Source: Octopus sinensis (lineage: Eukaryota). From it: a stretch of 64,000 nucleotides of DNA. The DNA is taken from the NCBI RefSeq assembly GCF_006345805.1, contig NC_043002.1:76508001-76572000 (forward strand), given 5' to 3'. Under the pieces are notes generated by a model. The model did not search any database and had not been told where the DNA came from. It saw nothing but the letters and a program-made list of their open reading frames with translations. Of this stretch, positions 24,623 to 37,350 are shown one piece after another. The translations under genes were made by a program, and so were the position numbers. The first letter of the stretch is position 1; every line of letters begins with the position of its first letter.

Positions 24623-24805
24623 GGTCCCGGGTTGATTCGGGGTTAACCACAGTAAATAAGGTACTCAATACATAGCAGAGTAAAATTAATTTATTATATA
24701 GAAGGAGCTTCTACAGGACTAGAACTGTTTCATTCAAAGAAATCTTCCTGAAGATTTCTCTTGAATGAAACAGTTCTAGTCTTGTAGAAGCTCCTTCTAT
24801 ATAAT
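24619..24805 (-). mobile_element. short repeat with ~52-bp hairpin arms and hammerhead-like words (copy 1)
   Basis: Hairpin 'tatagaaggagcttctac...aatcttc-ct-gaagatt...gtagaagctccttctata' plus a unique tail. Near-identical reverse complement of 29982-30170. Confidence 0.8.
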
Positions 24806-24830
24806 TATATATATCATATATATATATAAT

Positions 24831-24866
<36 letters not shown>

Positions 24867-25027
24867 GTATGTATATATGTATATTATATATATGTTTATT
24901 ATATATATAAGTATATTATATGTATATATATATGTTATATATACATATATATATATTGTGTGTATATATATACATATATATATATATGTGTAGATATATA
25001 TAATATATATGTATATATATATATATA

Positions 25028-25062
<35 letters not shown>

Positions 25063-25114
25063 ATATATAATATATATGTATATATATATATATATTATAT
25101 AGATATATATATAT

Positions 25115-25163
<49 letters not shown>

Positions 25164-25279
25164 AAAGAAAACTCCGAATGACCGTCCTTGTTCTCTTTGT
25201 ATTGTCTATCTGGATGTTTTGTTGCCCCTTTTATATATCACCTAACTGTCTGAATGTTTTGCGTTCTTGTCCTATTTTG

Positions 25280-25316
<37 letters not shown>

Positions 25317-25399
25317 CATTATGGAAGTATCCTTCTTAAGACAGCAAAGAATGAATTGTGAGAGATTAGGGTGGTACGTCTAGCGTAGAGGCTATCTCG

Positions 25400-26810
25400 C
25401 GGATTATGGTGTTTACAATAGCGATGGTAGGAAAATTTGTCGATGGTTGTACCGTTTGCGATAATGGTGGTGGCGATGTTTGTTTACTGGTGTGGTGGTA
25501 TGCTGGTTATGGTAGTAATACAAAAAGCGATGATGGATGGTATTGCTGGCTGGTGGTAGTGGTGGAGGTGTTAGTGGTGCTAGTGGTAGTTGTAGTGGTA
25601 GTTGTTGTTGTAGTGGTGGTGGTGGTTGTAGAAGTAGTAGTGCTTTTAATGGTAGTTGTTGTGGTAGTGTGAATGTTAATAGTGTGGTTTTAGTGATAGT
25701 GCTGGTTCTGGTGGTGGTGATGGAGTTTTACTGGTGGTATTGGTAGTGATAATGGTGGCGGTTGTGGTTGTAATAGTTGTGATAGTGATGATAATAGTAA
25801 TGGTAGTTGAGGCGACAGTGGTAGCGGTGTAGTGGTTCTGGTGGTTGTTGTAGTGGTGGTGGTGGCAGGAGTGTTGATGGAATTGGTGGTAGTGGTGGTG
25901 GTGGTGATAGTAGGATTTGTAGTAGCAGCGGTGGTGGTAGTGCTGCTCGTAATGGTGCTTGCAGGTGGTAGTTGTCACGTGGTGGCAGTGGTGGTGGTGG
26001 TCGTCGTATTTGCAGTCGGAGTAAATATGGCGATCATAGGCAAACATAGAAATGGTGGCAGTGATAATAGGTTACAATGGCAATGGTTGTGTCATGGGTT
26101 GGTAACAATGGAAGCAATAGTCGTGAAGGTGGCATACAATGGCGGTGGTTGTGGTGATGGCCGATAATGGCGACAGCAGTGATGGTGGCGGTGACGACGG
26201 CACTGACAGTGGTAGGAGTGGCAGTGGCGGCGGCGGTGGTATTCGTGGTGGTGGTGGGATTAGTGGTGGTGATGGTATTGGTGGTGGTGGTGGTGGTGGC
26301 GGCGGTGAGATTGGTGTTGGTGGCGATGGGATTGGTGGTGGTGGTGGCGATATTGTTGTTAGTGGGATTGGTGGTGGGGGGTGGTGATGGCAGGAGTAGT
26401 TGTGGCAGATGTGGTGGAGGTGGTGGTGGTGAAGGTGGGTGGAAGTATGGCATTAGTGGCGGTGGTGGTGGTGGTGCTTGTGGTAGCAGTGGTGGCAGTG
26501 GTGGTGGTGGCAGATGGTGCTGAAGTCAAGTGCTGTTGGTGGTGCAGACGATGGTTATGGCTGTGGCGGTGGCGGTGGCGGTGGCGGAGGTGGTAACTGT
26601 AGCAGCGGCGGTGGTAGGAGAGATGGTGCGATTGGGAGGTGGGTGGAGCTTGTGGTAATGGTGGTGGTGTCGGTGGAATTGTTGTTGTTGGTGGTGGTGG
26701 TGGTGGTGGTGTCAGTGATCCTGTTGTTGTTGGTGGTGTTGTTGGTGGTGGCGGTAGTGTTTGTGTTGGCGGTGACAACAGTGTCGTTGTTGTTGTTGTT
26801 GCGCATCCTT
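25400..26810. repeat. degenerate (GGT/AGT/GGC)n low-complexity block
   Basis: Directly visible; poly-V/G/T/P ORFs are artefacts. Confidence 0.9.
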
Positions 26811-26990
26811 TGTTAGGGCGACAATATGACAAATAAATTTGTCTCCAGTAATTATTCACACTAAGATCACACAATTGCTGGAAGCCTAATAACTTTATTC
26901 GCTTTACTTGCTCAGCTTGCTCAAGCATGGTTAACAAGGTGTGAATCAGGACACACACACACACACACACACGCCCACCCACACTCCCAC

Positions 26991-27031
<41 letters not shown>

Positions 27032-27085
27032 TACGCGTATATGCATGTGTCAGATTAAATAGGTGTGTACTGAGATGTGTGTTTG

Positions 27086-27130
<45 letters not shown>

Positions 27131-27338
27131 GTATTGGCTTAAAACTGAGGGAATTTAACATACATACATATGTCTAAATGTCTGAATGTCTGTATGTACG
27201 TAGGTATGTATGTATGTATGTATGCATGTATATATATATTATATATATATATATATATATTTATATACTGTAAATATACACGCACACACATATATACTGT
27301 ATATGCATACACATCAAACACATGTAGACATACACACA

Positions 27339-27438
27339 NNNNNNNNNNNNNNNNNNNNNNNNNNNNNNNNNNNNNNNNNNNNNNNNNNNNNNNNNNNNNN
27401 NNNNNNNNNNNNNNNNNNNNNNNNNNNNNNNNNNNNNN
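27339..27438. other. assembly gap (100 N)
   Basis: Run of exactly 100 N, typical of an unsized scaffold join. Confidence 0.98.
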
Positions 27439-27725
27439 TAGGAAAATATACTATTTCCTTCTATTCAACTCTCTCATATCGTCTCTGATGATGGTATCTT
27501 TTATATCTCTGAAACGACTGTAAGACTACATTTCTCTTTATAGATGTCCTAGAAATTTCACACTGCTTCGGCTTTGTTGTCTCATTTTATTTAACATGTA
27601 CACGCTCACACATGACTCCTTACTGATACTATTATTGAACCGGGAGTCTAACAACGGTCCTTCCGTAGCACTTATATAGCCTTACCTGCCTTTTGGGTCA
27701 TCTGGATACCAAAACCTCTCTCTTA

Positions 27726-27769
<44 letters not shown>

Positions 27770-27770
27770 A

Positions 27771-27820
<50 letters not shown>

Positions 27821-27970
27821 CACTTAAGTACAGGACGTCACCAACGAGTGAAACATACATAAACACATAAAGAGAGACAAGTACGGGACAAAATACCAAA
27901 AAAACCTCAGTTGTTCTCCTCAGTTGTCGACCGTTTATTATTCCCTATTTCGCGCTTTCAACGACAAGAT
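27821..27970 (-). mobile_element. PLE-like terminal repeat with CTGAGGA/GAAA words
   Basis: Minus-strand 'ttgtcgttgaaagcgcgaaata...gtcgacaactgaggag' is homologous to 31578-31635 (+). Confidence 0.5.
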
Positions 27971-28018
27971 AGGAAAGCATAATATGACAGCAGCATCCAG
28001 AAATTTTAAATATATAAA

Positions 28019-28480
28019 ATGGGTGACATTTTCATTTGACACCGCTAGAAAAAAATCCCATTTTCCGTAGCGGTGTCGTATGAAATTGTCACCCATAATT
28101 ATAACCCTAGTATCGATCTATTGCGTTTCAATCTATTTTAGAGTTAGGGGTAGGGTTACGGTTAGTGTTAGGGGTGGGGGAAGGGTATCTTTTTTTTCTT
28201 CGCAAATGTAAATAAACCCAATCTGCTTCTTAAACGAGGGACATATTCATACAGCACGGTATGTTTTCACTCCAAATGGACGTATTTGATAGGTTAAAAT
28301 TGCCGAAATGCTCGATTTTAAAGTGGAAATATGCTACAACATATAGAATTTTCTCAATAAAGCCAAGAAAAAATGATGTTTTATAAACACATTTTTCCAG
28401 TATACGAAGTTTCAAAGTGTTTATTAGTTAACTAGAAATTGTGTTGACATATGCCGTTCAAAAGGAAACGATCCCACTTA
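28019..28480. mobile_element. probable non-autonomous DNA element with 29-bp hairpin and degenerate TTAGGG-like tract
   Basis: Inverted repeat 28019-28047/28068-28096, the tract 'ttaggggtagggttacggttagtgttaggg', and 'ccagtatacgaagtttcaaa' shared with the 5.4-5.8 kb fold-back. Confidence 0.45.
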
Positions 28481-29955
28481 ATACATCACGGTTCTCAATT
28501 ATAAGGCCTGACGACAAACGATTTTTTCAAGACGGGGTAAAAAGATAGAAAGAAAGAATAAAAGAGTTATAGAAAGACAAGAATTGATATTTGTGCGTGA
28601 CTTGTATTTTGCTTACTTATAGACTCCGAAAGAATGAAAAAAATATTGATTTCGATGGAGTTTGAACCCGGAGCGCATTGAGTCGGAATGCATACCGCAA
28701 AGCTGTCTATTGTATTACATGCACATGTATCTGTGTTTTGTGTGCGTTCGTAGGTATATAGATCTGTTTGTGATGTGCGTTTGTCTGAGTGTGAATAAAC
28801 GCGCTAAATCATGCATACACACTGACACTTAAACACACACATACACACACACACAGCTTCGGTGACAAATATATACGCAGATGTTTCTCGCTAGCAGTCT
28901 TGAATATACATAATGTCTTTGTATTGAAAATGGGTAAGGTGAGTATTTATGTTTCACCGTGTGTATCAATATGTTTCGCTTCTTCGTGTTCGTATATATA
29001 TGTATATATATATATATGCTTTAGTTTTCTGTGAGTAGTTGTGCATGCGTGCCATGTGATTTATGATTGTAAGTGTGTATTTGTGTGTGTGTGCGTGTGT
29101 GTGTGTGTGTGTGCGTGTCAACGTCTGCATATAAACTTGTTTCAACGTGTGTGTGTCAAAATTCAGTATAAATTTATGTGCTTACACAAATGTATAAATA
29201 CACACACTCACTTGTGTATATACATGTGTGTATATGCGTGCGCGCGTGCGCACGCGTAACTTGTATAATAATTGGCCGTATGTATGTATATATGTATGTA
29301 TATAAATATATATATATAAATATATAATATTTATGTATATACAAATATGAGTATCTATATATATCTGTATACATATATGTATAACTATAAGTATATATGT
29401 ATTTATGTATGTATAAATATGAATATGTATAAAAGAGTATTTATATCTGTATACATACATATATATATATATATATATGTATATTTCTGTGTGCGTGTGT
29501 GTATATAACTATGAGTATGTATGGATGCATTTATGTATACGTATGTGTGTGTGTGTAGCCAATTATGTATCTATGTATGTCTGTATGAGCTTGGCCATTT
29601 GTAAGTAGATAGAAAAACAGAGAAAGAGGTTGAGAGAAAGCGAAAGAGAAAGAGAGAGAGGAGAGAGAGAAAGAGAATAGTGGACACTCGATCTTGATGA
29701 AATAGGGAAAGTATTCACATGAGTACTCTCGATTAAACAATGAGGATACTTTGCCGTCTAATCCGAAGCCTTTTGGAGAGATGTAATGACTGTTTGTGTG
29801 TGTGTGTGAGACTGTGAAAGTATGGTTGTGAATATGTATGTTGTAATTGAGTGAAGTGCCACTACTTGGTATTCTATCTCTTTCACGTTACTTCCTCCCT
29901 CCACCACTCAACTATGACAAGACGTTTCCTTTTACAAGAGACGATATTCCCAAGT

Positions 29956-29981
<26 letters not shown>

Positions 29982-29986
<5 letters not shown>

Positions 29987-30170
29987 GGAGCTTCTACAGA
30001 CTAGAACTGTTTCATTCAAGAGAATCTTCAGAAGATTTCTCTTGAATGAAACAGTTCTAGTCCTGTAGAAGCTCCTTCTATATAATAAATTAATTTTACT
30101 CTGCTATGTATTGAGTACCTTATTTACTGTGGTTAACCCCGAATCAACCCGGGACCTACATATATATATA
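29982..30170 (+). mobile_element. short repeat with hairpin and hammerhead-like words (copy 2)
   Basis: Reverse complement of 24619-24805, embedded in (TA)n. Contains AATAAA after the hairpin. Confidence 0.8.
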
Positions 30171-30183
30171 TATATATAGACAT

Positions 30184-30255
<72 letters not shown>

Positions 30256-32039
30256 TTTTATATGTGCGTGTGTATGTTTATACGTGCGCGTAAGTGTGTG
30301 TGTGCGCCTGTGTTTGCGTCCGTGTGTGCTCCGAAAATGGCCAACAAAATGGAGGTACAATCACAATGGGTGACAACTGAAACGTACTCGATTTAACGTT
30401 ACTGAGAATAGCATTTGGGAAAAGAGAGAAAAAAGAGAGAGTGAGAGAGAGAACACGACTCACGCACATGCGCGTGCACAGACACTCATACGGCTTTAGC
30501 TTCTAATCTACCGCGAAAACATGTCTGGTCATGGCTAAATATTACTTTATTTTGAAACGGTTGAGGTTAGTAACAGGAAGAGTATCCGGTCGTAGACACT
30601 CCGCCTCACCAAATTCCGTCTGACCCATGCAACCATGGAAAAGAGGAGGTTAAAATGGTTATGGTGCTGATCAAGATCAGGATGTTTTTGTATATGTGGC
30701 TGTGTGGTAAGAAGCTTGTTTCCCAACCACATAGTTCAGTCCCACTGCGTGGAACCTTGGGCAAGTGTCGTATACTAATAGCCTGGGTATGGTAGACGGA
30801 AACTGGAAGAAGCCCGTCGTACATATGTGTGTGTGTGTGTGTGTCTGTGTGTGTGTGTGTTTATACCAATACGCATAGAAAGAAACACTCTGGCAGAGAA
30901 GCGGGGAGGAGTAAAAATGAATACTCTGTGCATTAGGAATGTACATGTAAATAAAATTGAGACGACAGGACAAACGATTAATGGAAAAGGACAAATAGAT
31001 AAGGAAAAACCTCTCATCAGTTGTAGAGTCCAGAATCAATGTTGTTTCGGTGCTCTTATTTCCCCTCTTTCTTTCTAGTCGTTATATTTGTCTCTTTTGC
31101 ACGTTCTAAGTCTAGTACTCCGTTTTAAAGTTTGTATTAAAAGAAAAGCCATGTTTTATCTTCCTTTCGTGGTAGCACTCTTTTTGGTTCTTCGCTGATT
31201 CGCTGCAGGTACAGCGCTTCGGGGACGCCTCCCTCATAACATTGGGAGTTAAAACACTTGAAAGTCATTGACAGGCGAGACAACTCACTTCCAATTCCAT
31301 ATATATATATATTCTTTACCTGCACGGACATTCAAAAGAACTGACGTGTTTTTCTCTCTCTCTCTCTCTTCTATTTTTCTCTTTTCAAAAGAAAAAAAAT
31401 GTTTCTCCCAGCGTTCACTATTTTCCTCTCTTCCTGGTCTAACGACACTCTGTGTTTGTTTTCGTTCAGTTTCCTTATTTATCTCCACTGTCATGTTTTG
31501 TCCCCAACTTTTGACCCTCCATAAATCCTAGATTATATTTTCGAATTCATAAGAGCAACTGCCTTTGAAGACTCATATTGTCGTTGAATGCTCGAAATGA
31601 GGAGTATATAGACAGTCGACAACTGATGAGGGGTCCTTTCTCTATGTTTACTTGTCCTCTTTTCCATTTTTTCTCGTTGTATTCATATTTAACTGAACCC
31701 ATATATGTACCCATATATACAACATATGCATGTATATGTATATATATATATATATGATTGATTGATTCTAGTTTCAGCTCATGAGCTGTGGCCATGCTGG
31801 GGCACTGCCATTTGTGGTGAAAGAGTACAGCAGGGATCACCAGCCCCTGCTGGAGCCTCGTTGAGCTTTTTAAGGTGTTTTTGCTCAATAAACACTCACA
31901 ACGCCCGGTCTGGGAATCGAAACCGCGATCCTACGACCGCGAGACCGCTGCCCTAACCCTTTTATAATTTACTGGTTATACCCCAGAGCTGAGGTTATGC
32001 TATGTATGTGTGTGTGTGTATGATATATATATATATTAT

Positions 32040-32080
<41 letters not shown>

Positions 32081-33271
32081 CATCATATATATGATTTATT
32101 ATTATTAGTATTAGTAGTATTAGTCGTGTATAATATTATATTATATTATTTGTGGGTTAACCGGGCTACCGTTGGTTTCATATTAAGTAGTTTTGGGTAT
32201 TCATCCTCATTGTTCATTAACGTATAAATGTATATATGAATGTATATTTGTTTATTAATACATATACTCAGGTTTGAATAAGCAGGTACATGTGCGTGTG
32301 CATATACATACATATTTATATATATATATATACAACTATAATGTAGATATATATATATACATATATATACAACTATATGTATAAACACACAAATGCATTC
32401 ATACGTATTTATATATATGCTCTCTCTCTCTCTCACACACACACACACAACACACACATAGTTCCATGTATGCCTATATGTGTGTGTGTGCCTGTCTGTA
32501 CGCAGTGCTTCTGTGTGTGTGTGTATGTGTGTGTGAGTATATGTGTGTATATGTGTGTATGCGTGTGTGTGTGTGTGTGTGTGTGTGTTGTGTGTGTGTG
32601 TGTTGTGTGCATGCGTTCATAATACGTCAAAATATGCTTCTGACCACCTGGGATCGTTGTCAGAAGTATAACATGATTTATTAGCTAACAAAAACATCCC
32701 GATCATTCGTTGCAGTGTTTTTGCGTACAGTTATTCTTTTCTAAATATTATTTCACACAATTCTGGTAATTTTATGTTCTTGTTTTGTTTTTTTCTTTTT
32801 TTTTTTTTTCCTTTTCGTTTCGCATTCTTTCACTCTTTCATTCTTTCTTTTGATCTGATCTATCATTTTTTTTTTCTTCAAAAATACGAAATTATCAAAA
32901 AAAAAAAAAAAAAGACGAAACAAAATTCACAGCTAAACTAAGAAAATATCCTTTTTGCTTATAAAATGGTTTTTCTTTTCTTTGTTCAGTTACTCATGTC
33001 TTCCTGATGTTTTTCTGTTTTGTTTTTTTTGTTGTTAAATACGAAAAACGAAAAAACAAGCTAATTGTTAAACATATTTCTTTATTTTTATTACAAAAGG
33101 AAAAAGAAAGAAACAACATATATTTATAACGTAAACACGAAAGAAACATTTTTATAAATGTAAGTACATGCACAGTCATACACTAACACTTTAATAATAA
33201 TAATGATGATGATGATGATGATGATGATGTTATTAATAATGATAATAACAATAATAGTAGTAGTAGTAGTC

Positions 33272-33314
<43 letters not shown>

Positions 33315-33324
33315 AAGTAGTAGT

Positions 33325-33885
33325 AATCCTTTCTACTATAGGCGCAAGGGCTGAAGTTTGGGGGGGAGGGGGCCAATCTGTTAGATTGACTCCATTACGC
33401 AACTGATGCTTAATTTATCGATCCCGAAAGGATGAAACGCGAAGTCGACCTCGGCAGAATTTGAACTCAGAATGTAAAGACAGACGAAATACCTGTTTCT
33501 TTACCACCCACAAGGGGCTAAACACAGAGGGGACAAACAAGGACAGACAAACGGATTAAGTCGATTATATCGACCCCAGTGCGTAACTAGTACTTATTTA
33601 ATCGACCCCGAAAGGATGAAAGACAAAGTCGACCTCGGCGGAATTTGAACTGAGGACGTAACGGCAGACGAAATACCGCTAAGCATTTCGCCCGGCGTGC
33701 TAAAGATTCTGCCAGCTCGGCCCGATATTTGTGGGGAGAGGACTTACCGATTACATCGAATCTAGTATGTTTAACTTGTACTTGATTTATCGACCCCGAA
33801 AGGATGAAAGGCGAAATCGACCTCGGCGGAATTTGAACCCAGAACCTTTGCTTGGCATGCTAAGAATTCTGCCAACTCGCTGCCT
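33325..33885 (-). mobile_element. SINE family C dimer plus an additional copy
   Basis: Repeated family C units. Confidence 0.85.
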
Positions 33886-33925
33886 TAGTAATAATAATGA
33901 TAATAATAATAACAACAACAACAAC

Positions 33926-34090
33926 AACAACAACATCGAAAAATACCTTAGGAATGAGAACCCAGGTTCGAAATTTCCCCAAGACACCTGATGAAGGCTG
34001 GAGGGTATATCAGCCGAAACGTTGTGTTAACAACAAACAAGATGGGGACAAATATCCCTCAAATGTAAAGAATATCAATAATGTACAATA
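33926..34090 (+). mobile_element. short hammerhead-bearing repeat (PLE-derived or retrozyme-like)
   Basis: Begins after (AAT/AAC)n with 'catcgaaaaataccttaggaatgagaacccagg' and contains the hammerhead motif below. Confidence 0.65.
33983..34028 (+). ncRNA. minimal type I hammerhead ribozyme motif
   Basis: Stem I gacac/gtgtt, CUGAUGA core (+A), stem II ggctg-gagggtatat-cagcc, GAAA, palindromic ACGU stem III, GUU cleavage triplet. Confidence 0.7.
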
Positions 34091-34438
34091 TGGCTATAAA
34101 ATGTTTGATTAAAATATAATTCATCTCTTTTACATGGATGATTTAAAGCTCTTTGCAAAAAATGACCAACAACTACGCGGCTTATTAGCAACTGTTAAAC
34201 AATTTCAGTGATGACATCAGGATGTAATTTGGCCTCGATAAATGTGAAAAAGCTACCTTTATCAAAGGAAAAAATTACAGAAACATTCAACGTTAATTTT
34301 GACCAGCAGAATGTCATAAAGGAGTTAGAACAAGCGGAGGGAATCAAACATTCAATGTTGAGGGAAATGATCAGAAGAGAATGTTATCGCAGGGTAAGGG
34401 CAATACTCAAATCAGAGTTGAATGCAAGAAACAGGATC

Positions 34439-34441
<3 letters not shown>
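34091..34441 (+). pseudogene. R4/Dong-like LINE reverse transcriptase fragment
   Basis: Frameshifted translation HLFYMDDLKLFAKNDQQLRGLLATVKQF..DDIRM*FGLDKCEKA...MLREMIRRECYRRVRAILKSELNARNRIE. Followed by (AAT)n. Confidence 0.85.
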
Positions 34442-34504
<63 letters not shown>

Positions 34505-34509
<5 letters not shown>

Positions 34510-35055
34510 GCCCTGATGCAGTACCAGGCAGTGGCTCTCATGGCTTCTGATCTTAACTGATTGGAAGTGTTATCATGTATTGTTTTGTCTTGGTATAAAA
34601 GATGGGCTACAGCAAATATTCTGCTCAATACCACAGATTTGCTTGTCAGTTGTTTGACCTTAACCAGTTGAGCATGTCCCTTAGTGGCTGACGATATGTG
34701 CATCTCTGATCACGAGCAAAGTAGTGGGGGAGCATCATAGCCATGTGTTGAGAGGGTTCTTTGGGGTTTGAATAATTCACCTCTGAACATGGGGTTCTTT
34801 CAACATCCTTAAACAACCCTTATTCAGGACCTTTTGAGCGGGATGGGCTACTCAACCTGAAGAAAATCTAACTGGGCCCCACCTGCAAGGTCATGCGCTG
34901 TTTATCTTGATATGATATCACCATGTCGCGCACATATGGTTGTGATGCATGTGCCTGGTGTACCCTTATCAGACGGGTAGTCATGATGGGTATATTGGGC
35001 TTCGTATATTTTACCCCAGTGTCACTTTGATGGCATGAACTGCTCTCTCACTCAA
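34505..35055 (+). mobile_element. ~550-bp non-coding repeat flanked by (AAT)n on both sides
   Basis: Diverged reverse-complement copy at 62955-63395. No protein-like ORF. Confidence 0.75.
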
Positions 35056-35502
35056 TAATAATAATAATGATAATGGTTTCAAACATTGTCACAAGGCCCA
35101 CAATTTTGGTGGACCCAGGTACTTATTTTATCCGCCCCCCCCCAATGAAAGTCAAAGTCGACCTCGGCGGAAGTTGAACTTAAAGCGTAACGTCAGCCGA
35201 AATGCCGCTAAGCATTTCTTCTGGAGTCCTAACGTTTCTACCATCTCGACCCCCTCATAATAGTAATTACAATAACAATCCTGTTTATTATAAGCACAAG
35301 GCTTGAAATTTTTCGGGAGTGGGTTAATTAATAGCATCGACCCCAGTGTTCAGCGGATACTTTTTATTTTTTTTTTCACCTCCGAAAGGAATGAAAAGCA
35401 AAGTCAACCTCGGCGGAATCTGAACACAGAACATAAAAACGGGCGAAATACCACTAAGCATTTTCCTGGTGTGCTAACGATTCTGCCAGCTATCCGCTTC
35501 AG

Positions 35503-35552
<50 letters not shown>

Positions 35553-35556
<4 letters not shown>

Positions 35557-35880
35557 TGTAGAAATAATGGCCTAGAAAGATCAAAGACGTGACACGATCA
35601 AATCCCAGAAGGGGCTCACTGAGAATTAGGATTGCAACGTCCTGCGGGATGCAATTATTCTGTGTGACCATCAGATTAAACATCGGAAACCTGACATAGT
35701 TGCAGTGACAGAAAGGAAACAAACAAGCCTGATAATTGACGTAGCATGTCCTGGTGACAGCAGGATTGAAGAGAAAGAAGAAAAAGTGAACATTTATGAT
35801 GAACTGAAGTTGAAAATACGCAATTTGTGGGCAATGCAGAGAGAGGATGCGATGCCGCAGTACCTGACTACGAACACGGT
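35553..35880 (+). pseudogene. R4/Dong-like restriction-like endonuclease (PD..D..K) fragment
   Basis: CDHQIKHRKPDIVAVTERKQTSLIIDVACPGDSRIEEKEEK...LKLKIRNLW, starting right after (AAT)n. Confidence 0.85.
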
Positions 35881-36252
35881 TCAAAAAGATTGGAACGAAT
35901 GTAAAGATAGAACATCTACAAAAATCATCGTTACTTGATACGGCATGAGTCCTCTGCAAGTTTCTTGAAGTATGATCCGTAAACAAGTGCCACTTTAATC
36001 TGCTGGCTGTGGGCAGCTGACACTTTCCATCATATCCAGCAAAATAAAGCTGAAATTTTTCACGATATAATAATCCTTTCCACTATAAGCACAAGGCCTG
36101 AAATTCTGTGGGGGGGGGGGAGGGTTAAGTCGATTACATCGACCCTAGTACACAACTGGTACATAATTTATCGACCCCGCCCCCGCCGAAAGGATGAAAG
36201 GCAAAGTCGACCTCGGAGGAATGTGAAATCAGAACGTGAAGACAGACACAAA

Positions 36253-37350
36253 CATCATCATCATCATTGTTCGACCGTGGTCGAGACAATGGAATTTACC
36301 ATGCTACGCCAGACTTCACGGTCCATCATGGCATTACGGAGGTCCTGTTGCTGGATGCCTGTATCCCTGGAGATTACATCAGGGTAGGAGAGTGTGCGCC
36401 CTCTGGTATTGCGAGTAGATGGCTTCCAGAGGAGAAGAGTAGAAATTACTTCTTTTTCAGCTCTACAACAATGTCCAGTAAACTGGACTCTCCTACCTTT
36501 CACAAGAGATGACACAGGTGGTAGTTTCCCATATATTTGCATTTTGGTTGGATGGCGCTTCCACGAGAGATTTTGAGCTCTCATAAGGAGGCGAGTGTAG
36601 GTTCTATCCAACCGCCTCTCAAGCTTCTTTGATAACGTCCAGATTTCTGAGCCATATAGTAGAATTGGTTCAACTGTGGCTTTGAAGATTTCAAGTTTGA
36701 AATCTACTTAAATTTGATGACCAGATCTTTTGCATGTCATTACAGGCTGACCAGGCCATACCCTTTCTAGTTGGAAAGTCTTTTCCAGATGATGATATGT
36801 ATGACCCAAGATATTTATAATCAGAAACCATATTTAAGGGCGCATTGTTGAGAGTATGGATGATGCAATCACTGTTGGACAGGCACTTGTTTATGTATTC
36901 AGTTTTTGGCCTCATTGAGGTAAAGACCTACACAATTTGAGGCTTGTTCAAGAGATTGTAAAAGAGACTGGGCATTGGAGAGAGAATCACTGATAAGAGC
37001 GATGTCGTCAGCAAAGTCAGTGTCTGTCAAGTACTCAGCTGGGTGTCTGGAACTTCTTGGTTTTATTTCAAAGCCCTTGCCAGAGATGGTATCAACTGAC
37101 ATACGTAGCACATAATCAACAACAATGATGAAAAGAAATGGGGCGAGTGTGTCTCCCTGCAGTATTCCGGCTTTGATTAAGAAAGATGATGTTTCTCCGT
37201 CAGGGGTTAAGATGGTTGAAGACGTATCTGTGTAGAGGACCTTGATGGCAGAAATGATTTTGTCTGGTATCCCATAGAGCTTAAGGATTTCAAACATCTT
37301 GTACCTATCTACAGAATCGAACGCTTTAGAAAAGTCTACAAATACCATTG
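36253..37350 (-). mobile_element. RTE-like non-LTR retrotransposon, 5'-truncated and frameshifted
   Basis: RT motifs FVDFSKAFDSV, GILQGDTLAPFLFIIVVDY and DFADDIAL; then VEPILLYGSEIW and DRTYTRLLMRAQNLSW...RRVQFTGHC; (TGA)n tail. Confidence 0.9.

Noticed and set aside
25406-27024. Val/Gly/Thr/Pro-rich ORFs resembling mucins or glycine-rich proteins
   Set aside because: Degenerate GGT-type simple sequence running into CA repeats; multiple overlapping frames are open.
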